64,000 bases of DNA from Acetobacteraceae bacterium (GTDB lineage: Bacteria > Pseudomonadota > Alphaproteobacteria > Acetobacterales > Acetobacteraceae). The stretch covers positions 1,122 to 65,121 of the forward strand of contig JAVVHH010000001.1 of assembly GCA_032249615.1 (NCBI GenBank), read 5' to 3'. The notes under the pieces are model-generated. The model saw nothing but the letters and a program-made list of their open reading frames with translations, ran no database searches and was not told the DNA's origin. The position numbers were made by a program, and so were the translations under genes. How positions within the stretch are numbered: the stretch's first letter is position 1; each line of letters opens with the position of its first letter. This document shows, piece after piece, positions 26,046-34,699 of this stretch.

Positions 26046-27536
26046 GTGTCGGCAACGCAATCCACTCCGGAATCGGCCGCGGCCGAAACCGTCGAAGGCA
26101 CGAACCTCCTCGACCAGGTCCTTTCGGCGACCAAGCAGACAGCGCCCGATCATGCGCAAGACCTCGTCAAGACGCTGGTCGAACAGGCGCTCGACGGCAC
26201 CGTCACCTTCGACCGCAACCTCACCCGGACCTTTGCGCGCGCGATCGAAGCCATCGACCGCAAGATGTCGGTCCAGCTGAACGCGGTGATGCACGACCCT
26301 AAATTCGTCAAGCTGGAAGGGTCGTGGCGGGGGCTGCACTACCTCGTCATGAACAGCGAGACCAGCACGTCGCTCAAGATCCGCATGATCAACGTGAGCA
26401 AGCGCGAGCTCAACCGCGACCTGACCAAGGCGGTGGAATTCGATCAGAGCCAGCTGTTCAAGAAGATCTACGAGAACGAGTTCGGCACCCCCGGTGGCGA
26501 GCCTTATGGCGCTTTCATCGGCGACTACGAGTGGACCAACCACCCCGACGACATCGAGACGTTGCGCTTGATGTCGAACGTGTCGGCCGCCGCCTTCGCC
26601 CCGTTCCTATCCGCCGCCAGCTCGCAAATGTTCGGTTTCGACGATTGGACTGAGCTGACCAAGCCGCGCGACCTCGCCAAGATCTTCGACACCAGCGAAT
26701 ACATGAAGTGGCGCTCCTTCCGTGACAGCGAGGACAGCCGCTTCGTTTCGCTCGTCATGCCGCGGGTCATCTCCCGCCTTCCCTACGGCGCGGCAACCAA
26801 GCCGATCGACGAGTTCGGCTACGAGGAAGCACCGGCCGATGCGGCCGGGGCCGCCAAGCCGATGGGGCATGGCGAATATTGCTGGATGAACGCCGCCTTC
26901 GTGATGGGCGCGCGCATGACGGACGCCTTCGCGAAATACGGCTTCTGCACCATGATCCGCGGCGCCGAGGGCGGCGGCAAGGTCGAGAACCTGCCGACGC
27001 ACCTGTTCCAGTCGGATGACGGCGATACCGACACGAAGTGCCCGACCGAAATCGGCATCACCGACCGGCGCGAATTCGAGCTCTCCAACCTCGGCTTCCT
27101 GCCGCTCTGCCACTACAAAAACACCGACTACGCCGTCTTCTTCGGCGGCCAGACGGTGCAGAAGCCCAAGAAATACGACCGTCCGGACGCAACCGCCAAC
27201 GCCGCGATCTCCGCCCGGCTGCCCTACATCATGGCGACGGCCCGCTTCGCGCACTACCTCAAGGTCATGGGCCGCGACAAGATCGGGTCGTTCATGGAAG
27301 CGACCGATTGCGAGAAGTGGCTGAACCGCTGGATCGGCAACTACGTCAACGGCAACGAAGCGGCCGGCGCCGAAGCAAAGGCGAAGTATCCGCTGCGCGA
27401 GGCCCGCGTCGAGGTAAAGGAAATCCCCGGCAAGCCCGGTTCCTACAATGCGGTCGCCTATCTCCGCCCCTGGCTCCAAATGGAGGAGTTGACCACCAGC
27501 CTGCGGATGGTGGCGCGCATCCCCGAAAAGGCCTGA
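26046..27536 (+). CDS. tssC: T6SS contractile sheath large subunit TssC (VipB/ImpC)
   Basis: 496 aa with a GTG start; ...[21 protein letters not shown]...[24 protein letters not shown]... Confidence 0.95.
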   Translation: MSATQSTPESAAAETVEGTNLLDQVLSATKQTAPDHAQDLVKTLVEQALDGTVTFDRNLTRTFARAIEAIDRKMSVQLNAVMHDPKFVKLEGSWRGLHYLVMNSETSTSLKIRMINVSKRELNRDLTKAVEFDQSQLFKKIYENEFGTPGGEPYGAFIGDYEWTNHPDDIETLRLMSNVSAAAFAPFLSAASSQMFGFDDWTELTKPRDLAKIFDTSEYMKWRSFRDSEDSRFVSLVMPRVISRLPYGAATKPIDEFGYEEAPADAAGAAKPMGHGEYCWMNAAFVMGARMTDAFAKYGFCTMIRGAEGGGKVENLPTHLFQSDDGDTDTKCPTEIGITDRREFELSNLGFLPLCHYKNTDYAVFFGGQTVQKPKKYDRPDATANAAISARLPYIMATARFAHYLKVMGRDKIGSFMEATDCEKWLNRWIGNYVNGNEAAGAEAKAKYPLREARVEVKEIPGKPGSYNAVAYLRPWLQMEELTTSLRMVARIPEKA

Positions 27537-27552
27537 TGCTGCTTCGTCCCGC

Positions 27553-29067
27553 ATGGAAAGGCTAGCCGACGCGCCGGCTGAGGACGTCCTCCCGCCATTG
27601 CGGGACGAGGTTTTGGCCGGCCGTTTCTTCGGCCCCCGCGCGGCCGAAGCAACCCACCGCCTCGCCGGCCTGATCGCCGGCGCCTCGGTGTTCCAAACGC
27701 TAAACGAGTGGTTCGGCATGGCGAGGACGGCGGCGCTGGCCGTGTCCCCCGAACACCTGCGCGGCGCCCTCGACCGGGATATCGCCGCGATCGACGACCT
27801 CATCGGCGCGCAACTCGACGCCGTGCTGCACCATCCGCGCTTCGCGGCCATGGAGGGCAGGTGGCGTGGGCTCGATTGGCTCCTGCACAGCTATGATTCC
27901 GGCGCGCGCATCAAGGTGCGATTGCTCACAGTGACTTGGTCCGAGCTCGCTCGCGACCTCGATCGGGCGGCCGAGTTCGATCAGAGCCAAGTGTTCCAGC
28001 GCGTCTACGAGGACGAGTTCGGCATGCCGGGCGGTGAGCCGTTCGGCCTTCTGCTGATCGATCACGAGGTGCACCACCTCGCCGGGCCCGGCGGCGACAA
28101 CGTCTCTACGATCAAGCTGCTGGCGGCGGTCGCCGCGGCCGCCTTCGTGCCGATCGTCCTGCCCGCCTCGCCCCGTCTGCTCGAGGTCGACGGCTTTTCC
28201 GATCTGGCCTATTCGCAGCAGCCCGCTTCGCCGTTGCGGGCACCGAGCCATGCGCGGTGGCGGAGCTTGCGGCGCCATGAGGACATGCGCTTCATCTGCG
28301 TCGCGCTGCCTCGGCTGCTCGCTCGCACCACTTGGCGGGATGACCCGGCGCGCCACGACGGTTTCCGCTACGTCGAATACGCGCCAGACTCCGAGAGCCA
28401 TTGCTGGATGTCCGCCGGCTTCGCTTTCGCCTCCTGCGTCGCGCGCGCCTTCGCCGCGTTCTCGTGGCCAGCCGACGTGCGCGGGGTCGAGGTCGATCGC
28501 GAAGCCGGCGGCGTCGTGCTCGGCCTCCCCGTCGAGACCGACGCGACTGGCCACTGGGCACGGTCCGCGCTCGAGCTCGTGCTGACCGACGGACAGGAAC
28601 GGGACCTGATCGATGCGGGGCTGATGCCGGTCTGCGGCCTGCCCTTCAGCGAGGAGGCGACGTTCAGCGCCGTCCGCAGCCTGCAGGAGCCGGCGCGGTT
28701 GAACACGGAACTCGCGACCGCCAACGCCCACGTGTCGGCGCAAATCAACTCCATGCTCTGCGTGGGCCGTTTTGCACATTACATAAAAGTAATGGGCCGC
28801 GACATGGTCGGCTCGATGATGACTGCGGACGTCATCGAGCGCCGGCTGCAGAAATGGCTCGACAATTACGTCAATGGCAACGCAATCGCCACGCGCGACA
28901 GCCGCGCCAAGGCTCCGCTGACCGCCGGGCGGGTGACGGTTACCGAACGCCTGGGCAAGCCGGGCGTGTTCGGCTGCGTCGTGCACCTGCAGCCGCACTT
29001 TCAACTAGACGACGTGTCGACGACGTTTCGTCTCGTGACCGACTTGGCCGCCCCGGGCGGCCGTTAA
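27553..29067 (+). CDS. Second TssC-family paralogue (ImpD-like)
   Basis: 504 aa; ...VLHHPRFAAMEGRWRGLDWLL...FDQSQVFQRVYEDEFGMPGGEPFG... is parallel to, but diverged from, tssC. Confidence 0.9.
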   Translation: MERLADAPAEDVLPPLRDEVLAGRFFGPRAAEATHRLAGLIAGASVFQTLNEWFGMARTAALAVSPEHLRGALDRDIAAIDDLIGAQLDAVLHHPRFAAMEGRWRGLDWLLHSYDSGARIKVRLLTVTWSELARDLDRAAEFDQSQVFQRVYEDEFGMPGGEPFGLLLIDHEVHHLAGPGGDNVSTIKLLAAVAAAAFVPIVLPASPRLLEVDGFSDLAYSQQPASPLRAPSHARWRSLRRHEDMRFICVALPRLLARTTWRDDPARHDGFRYVEYAPDSESHCWMSAGFAFASCVARAFAAFSWPADVRGVEVDREAGGVVLGLPVETDATGHWARSALELVLTDGQERDLIDAGLMPVCGLPFSEEATFSAVRSLQEPARLNTELATANAHVSAQINSMLCVGRFAHYIKVMGRDMVGSMMTADVIERRLQKWLDNYVNGNAIATRDSRAKAPLTAGRVTVTERLGKPGVFGCVVHLQPHFQLDDVSTTFRLVTDLAAPGGR

Positions 29068-29093
29068 TCCACGCCAGATTTCAAGGAACACCC

Positions 29094-29924
29094 ATGAGCG
29101 AGTCGACGGAAGCGGGCAACCTGTTCAAGGCCGGACACCTGGACGAGGCCATCGCCGCAGCCAACGCCGCCGTGCGGAAGTCGCCGGCGGATCTCTCCGC
29201 GCGCGTCCTGCTGGCCGAGTTGCTGCTGTTCGCGGGGAACTTGGACAGGGCCGACTTGGTCCTGGATGCGGCGGCCGATCTGACCCCCGACGCGGCCATC
29301 GTGATCGCCGAATTCCGCCAGCTCCTGCGCGGCGAACAGGCGCGCCGGCAGCTCAGCCGCGACGGACGCCTGCCGGAGATGCTCGCCGAGCCGACGCCGG
29401 CGATCAGCGCCACTCTCGCGGCCTACGTCGCGCTGCGGAGCGGGGATCCCGCCGCCGCCGCCCAAAGTCTGGAAGCGGCGGAAGCGACGCGACCACCCGT
29501 CTCCGGCGATCACGACGAGACGGCGTTCGACGATCTCCGCGATGCCGACGATCTGTGCGCCGGGTTCTTCGAAGTGCTCACCACCACGGGCAAATACTAT
29601 TGGATCCCGACCGAACGGGTCGAAAGCGTGCTCTTCCATCCGCCGGTTCGCCCGCGCGACCTGTTCTGGCGCCGCGCCACCATGTCGGTCCGCGGCGGCC
29701 CGGATGGAGACGTCTACTTGCCGGCACTCTACGTTTCCGACGCGCCGGATCTCGCGGAAAGTCTCCGTCTCGGCCGCGAGACCGACTGGCGGCAGGAGGG
29801 CAATGGTCCCACCCGCGGGCTCGGCCAGCGAATGTTCCTCGTCGGCGAGGAAGCGTGCGGCATCATGGAGCTGGGTACGCTCACCTTTGGCGGGGCTGAA
29901 GCCGCGCCTGCCGGAGACGCATGA
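29094..29924 (+). CDS. tagJ: T6SS accessory protein TagJ (ImpE/SciE, TPR-like)
   Basis: The last 276 aa of track ORF 28401..29924: MSESTEAGNLFKAGHLDEAIAAANAAVRKSPADLSARVLLAELLLFAGNLDRAD...YYWIPTERVESV... Its position between tssC and tssE matches the imp gene order. Confidence 0.85.
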   Translation: MSESTEAGNLFKAGHLDEAIAAANAAVRKSPADLSARVLLAELLLFAGNLDRADLVLDAAADLTPDAAIVIAEFRQLLRGEQARRQLSRDGRLPEMLAEPTPAISATLAAYVALRSGDPAAAAQSLEAAEATRPPVSGDHDETAFDDLRDADDLCAGFFEVLTTTGKYYWIPTERVESVLFHPPVRPRDLFWRRATMSVRGGPDGDVYLPALYVSDAPDLAESLRLGRETDWRQEGNGPTRGLGQRMFLVGEEACGIMELGTLTFGGAEAAPAGDA

Positions 29925-30427
29925 GCGGTCGGCCGCGGCGGGGCGGCGAAGCTGCCCAGATCCCCTTGCTGGACCGGCTCATCGACAACGAGCCGGAACG
30001 GGCGACCGACCGGGCCCTGTCGCCAACCGAAACGCTGGCGATCCTCATGAACTCCGTCCGCCGCGACCTCGAAATGTTGCTCAACGCGCGCCGGCGGTTC
30101 CGCTCCTGGCCATCGGCGCTGCGGGAACTGGACACCTCGCCGCTGAATTTCGGCATTCCCGACTGCACCGCCGGGACCTTTAACGACCAGCGCGAGCGGG
30201 AGGCTTTCCGCGCCGAGGTGGAGGCCACCATCCGCCGCTTCGAGCCGCGCTTCCTGCGGGTCAGCGTGCAACTCCCGGACGCTGACCCGCGCAAGCTGTC
30301 GGCCAACCTCAACCTGCGCATCGAGGCACTCATGCACGCCGACCCGGCGCCCGAGGCGATCTCGTTCGAGACGATGGTGGACGCAACGACGTCCAACATC
30401 ACGATCCAAGCGGTGCATCAGGGGTGA
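29921..30427 (+). CDS. tssE: T6SS baseplate protein TssE (gp25-like)
   Basis: 168 aa; LLDRLIDNEP...SVRRDLEMLLNARR. The ATG overlaps the tagJ stop (ATGA). Confidence 0.92.
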   Translation: MSGRPRRGGEAAQIPLLDRLIDNEPERATDRALSPTETLAILMNSVRRDLEMLLNARRRFRSWPSALRELDTSPLNFGIPDCTAGTFNDQREREAFRAEVEATIRRFEPRFLRVSVQLPDADPRKLSANLNLRIEALMHADPAPEAISFETMVDATTSNITIQAVHQG

Positions 30428-30451
30428 CCGCGCCGGTTCGGGGGACACGCC

Positions 30452-32293
30452 GTGTCCGATAGCTTGCTGCCCTATTTCGACCGCGAGTTGAACGCGATCC
30501 GCGCGCTTGCCGGAGAGTTCGCGGCTGCCAATCCGAAAATCGCGGGACGGCTGCGCCTGTCCGCTGATGCGGTGGACGACCCGCACGTCGCCCGTCTGCT
30601 CGAGGGCGTCGCCTTCCTCGCCGCCCGTGTTCACCACCGGCTGGACGACGATTTCCCCGAGCTGACCGACGCGCTGCTGAGCACCCTCTACCCGCACTAT
30701 CTGGCGCCCGTCCCGTCCTGCACCATCGTACAGTTCCAGGCTCCGGACGACGCGCAAGGCCCGGCGACCGTGCCGGCCGGGCGGCTGCTCGACACCGAGC
30801 CGGTGCGCGGCGAGCCATGCCGCTTCCGCACGACCGCTCCCGCCACGGTTTGGCCCGTCAGCATCGAGGCCGCGCGGCTCTCCGGATTGCCGCTCGCGGC
30901 CCCCGCCAACCCGCAGGCGATCGGCCGCGATGGTTCACGGGCCGTCGCGGTGCTCCGGCTCACGGTGCGCTGCAACGTCGCCGCCATGACCTTGACCGGG
31001 CTCGGGCTGGATCGGCTGCGGCTCTTCCTGCGCGCGGCCTCGAACCTCTCGCTGCCGCTCTACGAGTTGCTGTCGGAAAACGTGCTTTCGGTCGCTTTGG
31101 CCGACGGGCCCAACGACCCGGCGCCCACCCTGCTGTCCGCCTCCAGCGTTCGCCCGGTCGGCTTCGAGCCGGACGAAGCGCTGCTCCCGTGGCCGGCCCG
31201 CTCCTTCTCCGGCTTCCGTCTGCTTACCGAATACTTCGCGTTTCCCGAGAAATTCATGTTCGTCGATCTCGTCGGGCTCGACGCACGGACGATGGTCGCG
31301 GCGGGACAAAGCCTCGACGTCTTCATCTACCTGAACCGTTCGGTGCAGGAACTGGAGCGCGTCCTGAATGCCGATAGCTTCGCCCTGGGCTGCGCTCCGG
31401 CGGTCAACCTGTTCTCCCAGCGCTGCGATCCGATCCCGCTCAACGGCTACACAACGGAATACCGTATCGAACCGGACCGGCGGAGACCGGGTTTGATGGA
31501 GGTCTGGACCGTCGAGCGGGTGCGGGAGAACCGCGCCGACAGCACGCAGCGCCTGCTCGCGCCGTTCTATCGGCTCAGCGCCGGGCTGGAGACGTCGACG
31601 GAAGAGCTGTCCAGCAGTTTCTATTCCACCTCCCGCCGCGCCTCGGCCACGCTGCTTGGCACGGAGGTGATGCTTGGATTGTATGACCCGTCCTTCGATC
31701 CGGAGCAGTCCGGCACCTCGGTGCTGTCGGTCGACGCGTTGTGTACCAACCGCGACTTGCCGAGCGAACTGCCCTTCGGCGGCGGCCATCCGCGGATCGC
31801 GCTGATCGACGGCATGGCATCGATCTCGAGCGTCGGCTGCCTGACCGCGCCCTCCTCGCCGTTGCGGAGGGCCTTGCGCGAGCGCGGCTTTTGGCAGCTC
31901 ATCTCCCATTTGTCGCTGAGCCATCTTTCCGTCGTCGGCGGCGCCGATGGGGCGAATGCGCTGCGGGAAGTGCTGCGGCTCTACGATCTGCGGATGACGC
32001 CCGAGACGGAGGCGGCGATCGAGTCGCTCGTGGGCGTCTCCGCCAGGCCGGGAACGGCGCGGGTGCCCGGGGCCCAGGTCGGCGCCTTCTGCCGTGGCCT
32101 CGACGTCACGCTCGAATTCGATGCGCGGGGTTGGCAGGCCGGTGGCCTATACCTGCTCGCCGCCGTCCTCGACCGCTTCTTGGCGCTGCATGCGACGGTG
32201 AACTCCTTCGTGCGGACCGCGGTGAGCCTGCGGGGCCGCCCCGGCACGGTGGCGAAATGGCCGGCGCGCGCCGGGTCGCATCCGCTCCTGTAA
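30452..32293 (+). CDS. tssF: T6SS baseplate protein TssF
   Basis: 613 aa; MSDSLLPYFDRELNAIRALAGEFAAANPKIAGRL...DPHVARLLEGVAFLAARV. Confidence 0.95.
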   Translation: MSDSLLPYFDRELNAIRALAGEFAAANPKIAGRLRLSADAVDDPHVARLLEGVAFLAARVHHRLDDDFPELTDALLSTLYPHYLAPVPSCTIVQFQAPDDAQGPATVPAGRLLDTEPVRGEPCRFRTTAPATVWPVSIEAARLSGLPLAAPANPQAIGRDGSRAVAVLRLTVRCNVAAMTLTGLGLDRLRLFLRAASNLSLPLYELLSENVLSVALADGPNDPAPTLLSASSVRPVGFEPDEALLPWPARSFSGFRLLTEYFAFPEKFMFVDLVGLDARTMVAAGQSLDVFIYLNRSVQELERVLNADSFALGCAPAVNLFSQRCDPIPLNGYTTEYRIEPDRRRPGLMEVWTVERVRENRADSTQRLLAPFYRLSAGLETSTEELSSSFYSTSRRASATLLGTEVMLGLYDPSFDPEQSGTSVLSVDALCTNRDLPSELPFGGGHPRIALIDGMASISSVGCLTAPSSPLRRALRERGFWQLISHLSLSHLSVVGGADGANALREVLRLYDLRMTPETEAAIESLVGVSARPGTARVPGAQVGAFCRGLDVTLEFDARGWQAGGLYLLAAVLDRFLALHATVNSFVRTAVSLRGRPGTVAKWPARAGSHPLL

Positions 32294-33324
32294 TGGCGCC
32301 GCCCCCCAACGCCTCGGCTTCGGCCCTCGACCGGCTCGTCGGCGAACCGCGTCATTTCGACTTCGACGCCGCGATCCGTCTGCTGCTGCTCGCGGCCCGC
32401 AACCCCGACCCGGCGGATGTCGTCCGGTTCCGCTCCGTCGCCAGCCTCGCCCAGCCGCCGGCCGAGGTGCTCTCGATCAGCGCTTCCAACAGCCACCTGC
32501 CGCCCAGCCTGGCGACCACCGTCTTCGGCCTGGTCGGCACGTCGGGCGTGCTGCCGCGCGGCTATACCGAGCTGGTCAGCAGCGTCAGCCGCGGCGGTTC
32601 GCGCGCGCTGCACGAGTTCATGGATATGCTGTCCCACCGGCTCGCGGCACACTACGCGCGGGCAGGGATGAAATATCGGCTCTCCCGGTCAGCCGAACTC
32701 GCCGCTCTGCTGCCTCAAGCGCCGCCCGACCCGTTCGCCACCGCGCTCCTGGCGCTGACCGGCTACGGCCTGGGCAACATGGTGGAGCGGCTGGCCGCGG
32801 GGGGCGAGCCGCTGTGCCACTACGCGGGCTTCTTCGCCACGCGGCCCCGCTCGGCCGACCGGCTCGGGGCGCTGGTTTCCGATTGGTGCGGCCGGCCGGT
32901 GGAGGTGGTGCAATTCGCCGGCACCTGGCTCGTGCTCCCGCCCGACGAGCAGACCCGGTTGCGCTTCGGCATCTTCGCCGGCCAGTTTGCCCGCCTCGGG
33001 GCGGACGCCACGATCGGCAGCCGCGTCTGGAACGCGCAGGCGAGGATCGTGCTCCGGATCGGCCCGCTTGATCTGCCCGCCTTCGACGCGCTCCTGCCCG
33101 GGGGCTCCGCGCTGCGCCGTCTCGTCTCGCTGGTTCGCAGCTTTCTCGGGCTCGAGACGGGGTTCGCGATCAACCCGGTGCTCGCTGCCGCCTCGATCCC
33201 CCCGCTGCAACTCGGGGGGGCGCGGCTGGGCTGGAACACGTGGTTCCCGAGCCATGGCCGCCGCCAGAAGGACGGAGCCGAAGCTCAATTCGAAGCGGAG
33301 ACGGTCGAGGCGCTGGAATGCTAG
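32293..33324 (+). CDS. tssG: T6SS baseplate protein TssG
   Basis: The last 343 aa of track ORF 31741..33324: MAPPPNASASALDRLVGEPRHFDFDAAIRLL...LVGTSGVLPRGYTE... The ATG overlaps the tssF stop (TAATG). Confidence 0.9.
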   Translation: MAPPPNASASALDRLVGEPRHFDFDAAIRLLLLAARNPDPADVVRFRSVASLAQPPAEVLSISASNSHLPPSLATTVFGLVGTSGVLPRGYTELVSSVSRGGSRALHEFMDMLSHRLAAHYARAGMKYRLSRSAELAALLPQAPPDPFATALLALTGYGLGNMVERLAAGGEPLCHYAGFFATRPRSADRLGALVSDWCGRPVEVVQFAGTWLVLPPDEQTRLRFGIFAGQFARLGADATIGSRVWNAQARIVLRIGPLDLPAFDALLPGGSALRRLVSLVRSFLGLETGFAINPVLAAASIPPLQLGGARLGWNTWFPSHGRRQKDGAEAQFEAETVEALEC

Positions 33325-33338
33325 AGTATTCGTCTTGA

Positions 33339-33960
33339 TCAAGCGGCCTTTGGCGCCCGGTTCCGCTGCTCGCGAAGGAGCGCGTTAGCGAGGATGGCGA
33401 GCTTTTGCATGGCGGCGATGATCGCGACTTTGGGCGGCTTTCCGGCGGCGAGCAGCGCCTGATACTTGGCCTTCATGTCGGCGTTGAAGCGGATCGCCAC
33501 CAGCGCCGGCATGTAGAGCGCCTGGCGTAGGTGAGCGCGTCCGCCGCGGATGAAGCGTTTGCCGCTGTGCTGTCCTGAGTCGCGAGCGATCGGCGCCAGG
33601 CCGGCGAGGCTGGCGATGCATTTGTTGTCGATCGCGCCCAGCTCGGGCATCTCGATCAGCATCGTCAGCGCGGTCGCCTCGCCGATGCCCGGATGCTGAC
33701 GAGGATATCAAGCCGCGCCTTCAACTCGGCATCGGCCCGGCACAGGGCACGCAGTTCGGCGTCGATTGCAGCGATCTGGCGCTCGATCTGGCGCAGCCGC
33801 TGGTCGGCCTTTTGCAGCGCATCGAGCGCGCCTAAGCGGGCGAGCATGGCGGCGTCGACGGCGTCGGTCTTAGCGCGCTGTCCAATAGCTTCGGCAAAGC
33901 GCCGTGCTTGCAGCGGATTGACCTTGACCATGGGCACGCCGTCCTCGCCGAGCTGGCGCT
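33339..33960 (-). pseudogene. IS110-family transposase remnant (N-terminally truncated, internally shortened, frameshifted)
   Basis: ORF 33339..33662 encodes a Transposase_20-type C-terminus (LAGLAPIARDSGQHSGKRFIRGGRAHLRQALYMPALVAIRFN). ORF 33665..34036 contains VKVNPLQARRFAEAIGQRAKTDAVDAAMLARLG. Adding one base in the C/G run near 33688-33692 restores SIPGIGEATALTMLIEMPELG across the two fragments. The DEDD N-domain is largely missing. Confidence 0.8.
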
Positions 33961-34035
33961 CCTGCTGCCGGCGAGTTCGCACCTCGTCGCCAGCACCCCA
34001 TCTTTGCCGGAAAGGGCAAGGAACGTCATAAGACA

Positions 34036-34073
34036 AGCACTACTCCCGAGCCAATTGGCTCGGGAGTAGTGCT
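34036..34073. repeat. Perfect 38-bp palindrome AGCACTACTCCCGAGCCAATTGGCTCGGGAGTAGTGCT
   Basis: Verified as self-complementary base by base. It lies at the truncated end of the IS110 remnant and about 100 nt downstream of the hcp stop. Confidence 0.9.
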
Positions 34074-34136
34074 CTAGCCGCATACGGCTGCCTGCAACGA
34101 TTGCCTAAACCATGGCCACGACCCATTGGGTCGAAA

Positions 34137-34166
34137 GAGGTGGTCAGGCTGGGGCCCGACCACCTC
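34137..34166 (-). terminator. Candidate hairpin terminator downstream of hcp
   Basis: A 9-bp stem (GAGGTGGTC/GACCACCTC) with a 12-nt loop, 10 nt after the hcp stop. On the minus strand it is followed only by UUUCGA, a short U-tract. Confidence 0.35.
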
Positions 34167-34176
34167 CTGGCCAGAA

Positions 34177-34659
34177 CTACGCAGCCACCGCAGTCGCAAG
34201 ATCGTAGCTGATGTTTGCCGGGCCTGCGCCGCTGCCGTCCGGCTTCATCTGGGTGCCCTTGTAAGTGATCTTGGTGAAGTTCAAGGAGATGCTCTCCTGC
34301 GGACGATCACCGCCGCTGCTCACGCTGTAGCCGCTGATCATCACGTTTTCCAGCTCGATGGTCAGATAGACCTGCATCTGGTCTTTGTTGGTACGACAGA
34401 AATCGAGCTGAACTTTGACGCCATCGCCTTGATAGGCTTCGGTCAACAGACCAACCGACGAGATGTCCTGTGGTTTGGTGACGACGATTTCGCTGATGCT
34501 GGGGGCGCTCGATTCGCGGTCTGCGCTGCCGCCGGTCGGGCTCGAGATTCCGCGCCCCACGCCCCACTGGAACGAATTGACTTCGATCCACTCCTTGTGG
34601 CCGGTCTCCGTCACGTCGCCCTTTAGTGCCCCTTCATTATAGTTCATGTAAATCGGCAT
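34177..34659 (-). CDS. hcp: T6SS inner-tube protein Hcp (TssD)
   Basis: 160 aa; MPIYMNYNEGALKGDVTETGHKEWIEVNSFQWGVGRGI... An AAGGAG RBS precedes the ATG. Confidence 0.95.
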   Translation of the reverse strand: MPIYMNYNEGALKGDVTETGHKEWIEVNSFQWGVGRGISSPTGGSADRESSAPSISEIVVTKPQDISSVGLLTEAYQGDGVKVQLDFCRTNKDQMQVYLTIELENVMISGYSVSSGGDRPQESISLNFTKITYKGTQMKPDGSGAGPANISYDLATAVAA

Positions 34660-34699
34660 TGTTCGCTCCTTCGTTATGGTAATGAACGGACTTCTCGGC

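Noticed and set aside
28401-33324. Long track ORFs 28401..29924 (507 aa) and 31741..33324 (527 aa).
   Set aside because: Their 5' portions overlap tssC2 and tssF in other frames and are Arg-rich. Only the 3' portions (tagJ from 29094, tssG from 32293) match known families.
33339-34036. Active IS110 insertion sequence.
   Set aside because: The transposase is frameshifted, lacks most of the DEDD catalytic domain and is internally shortened, so I treat it as a relic.
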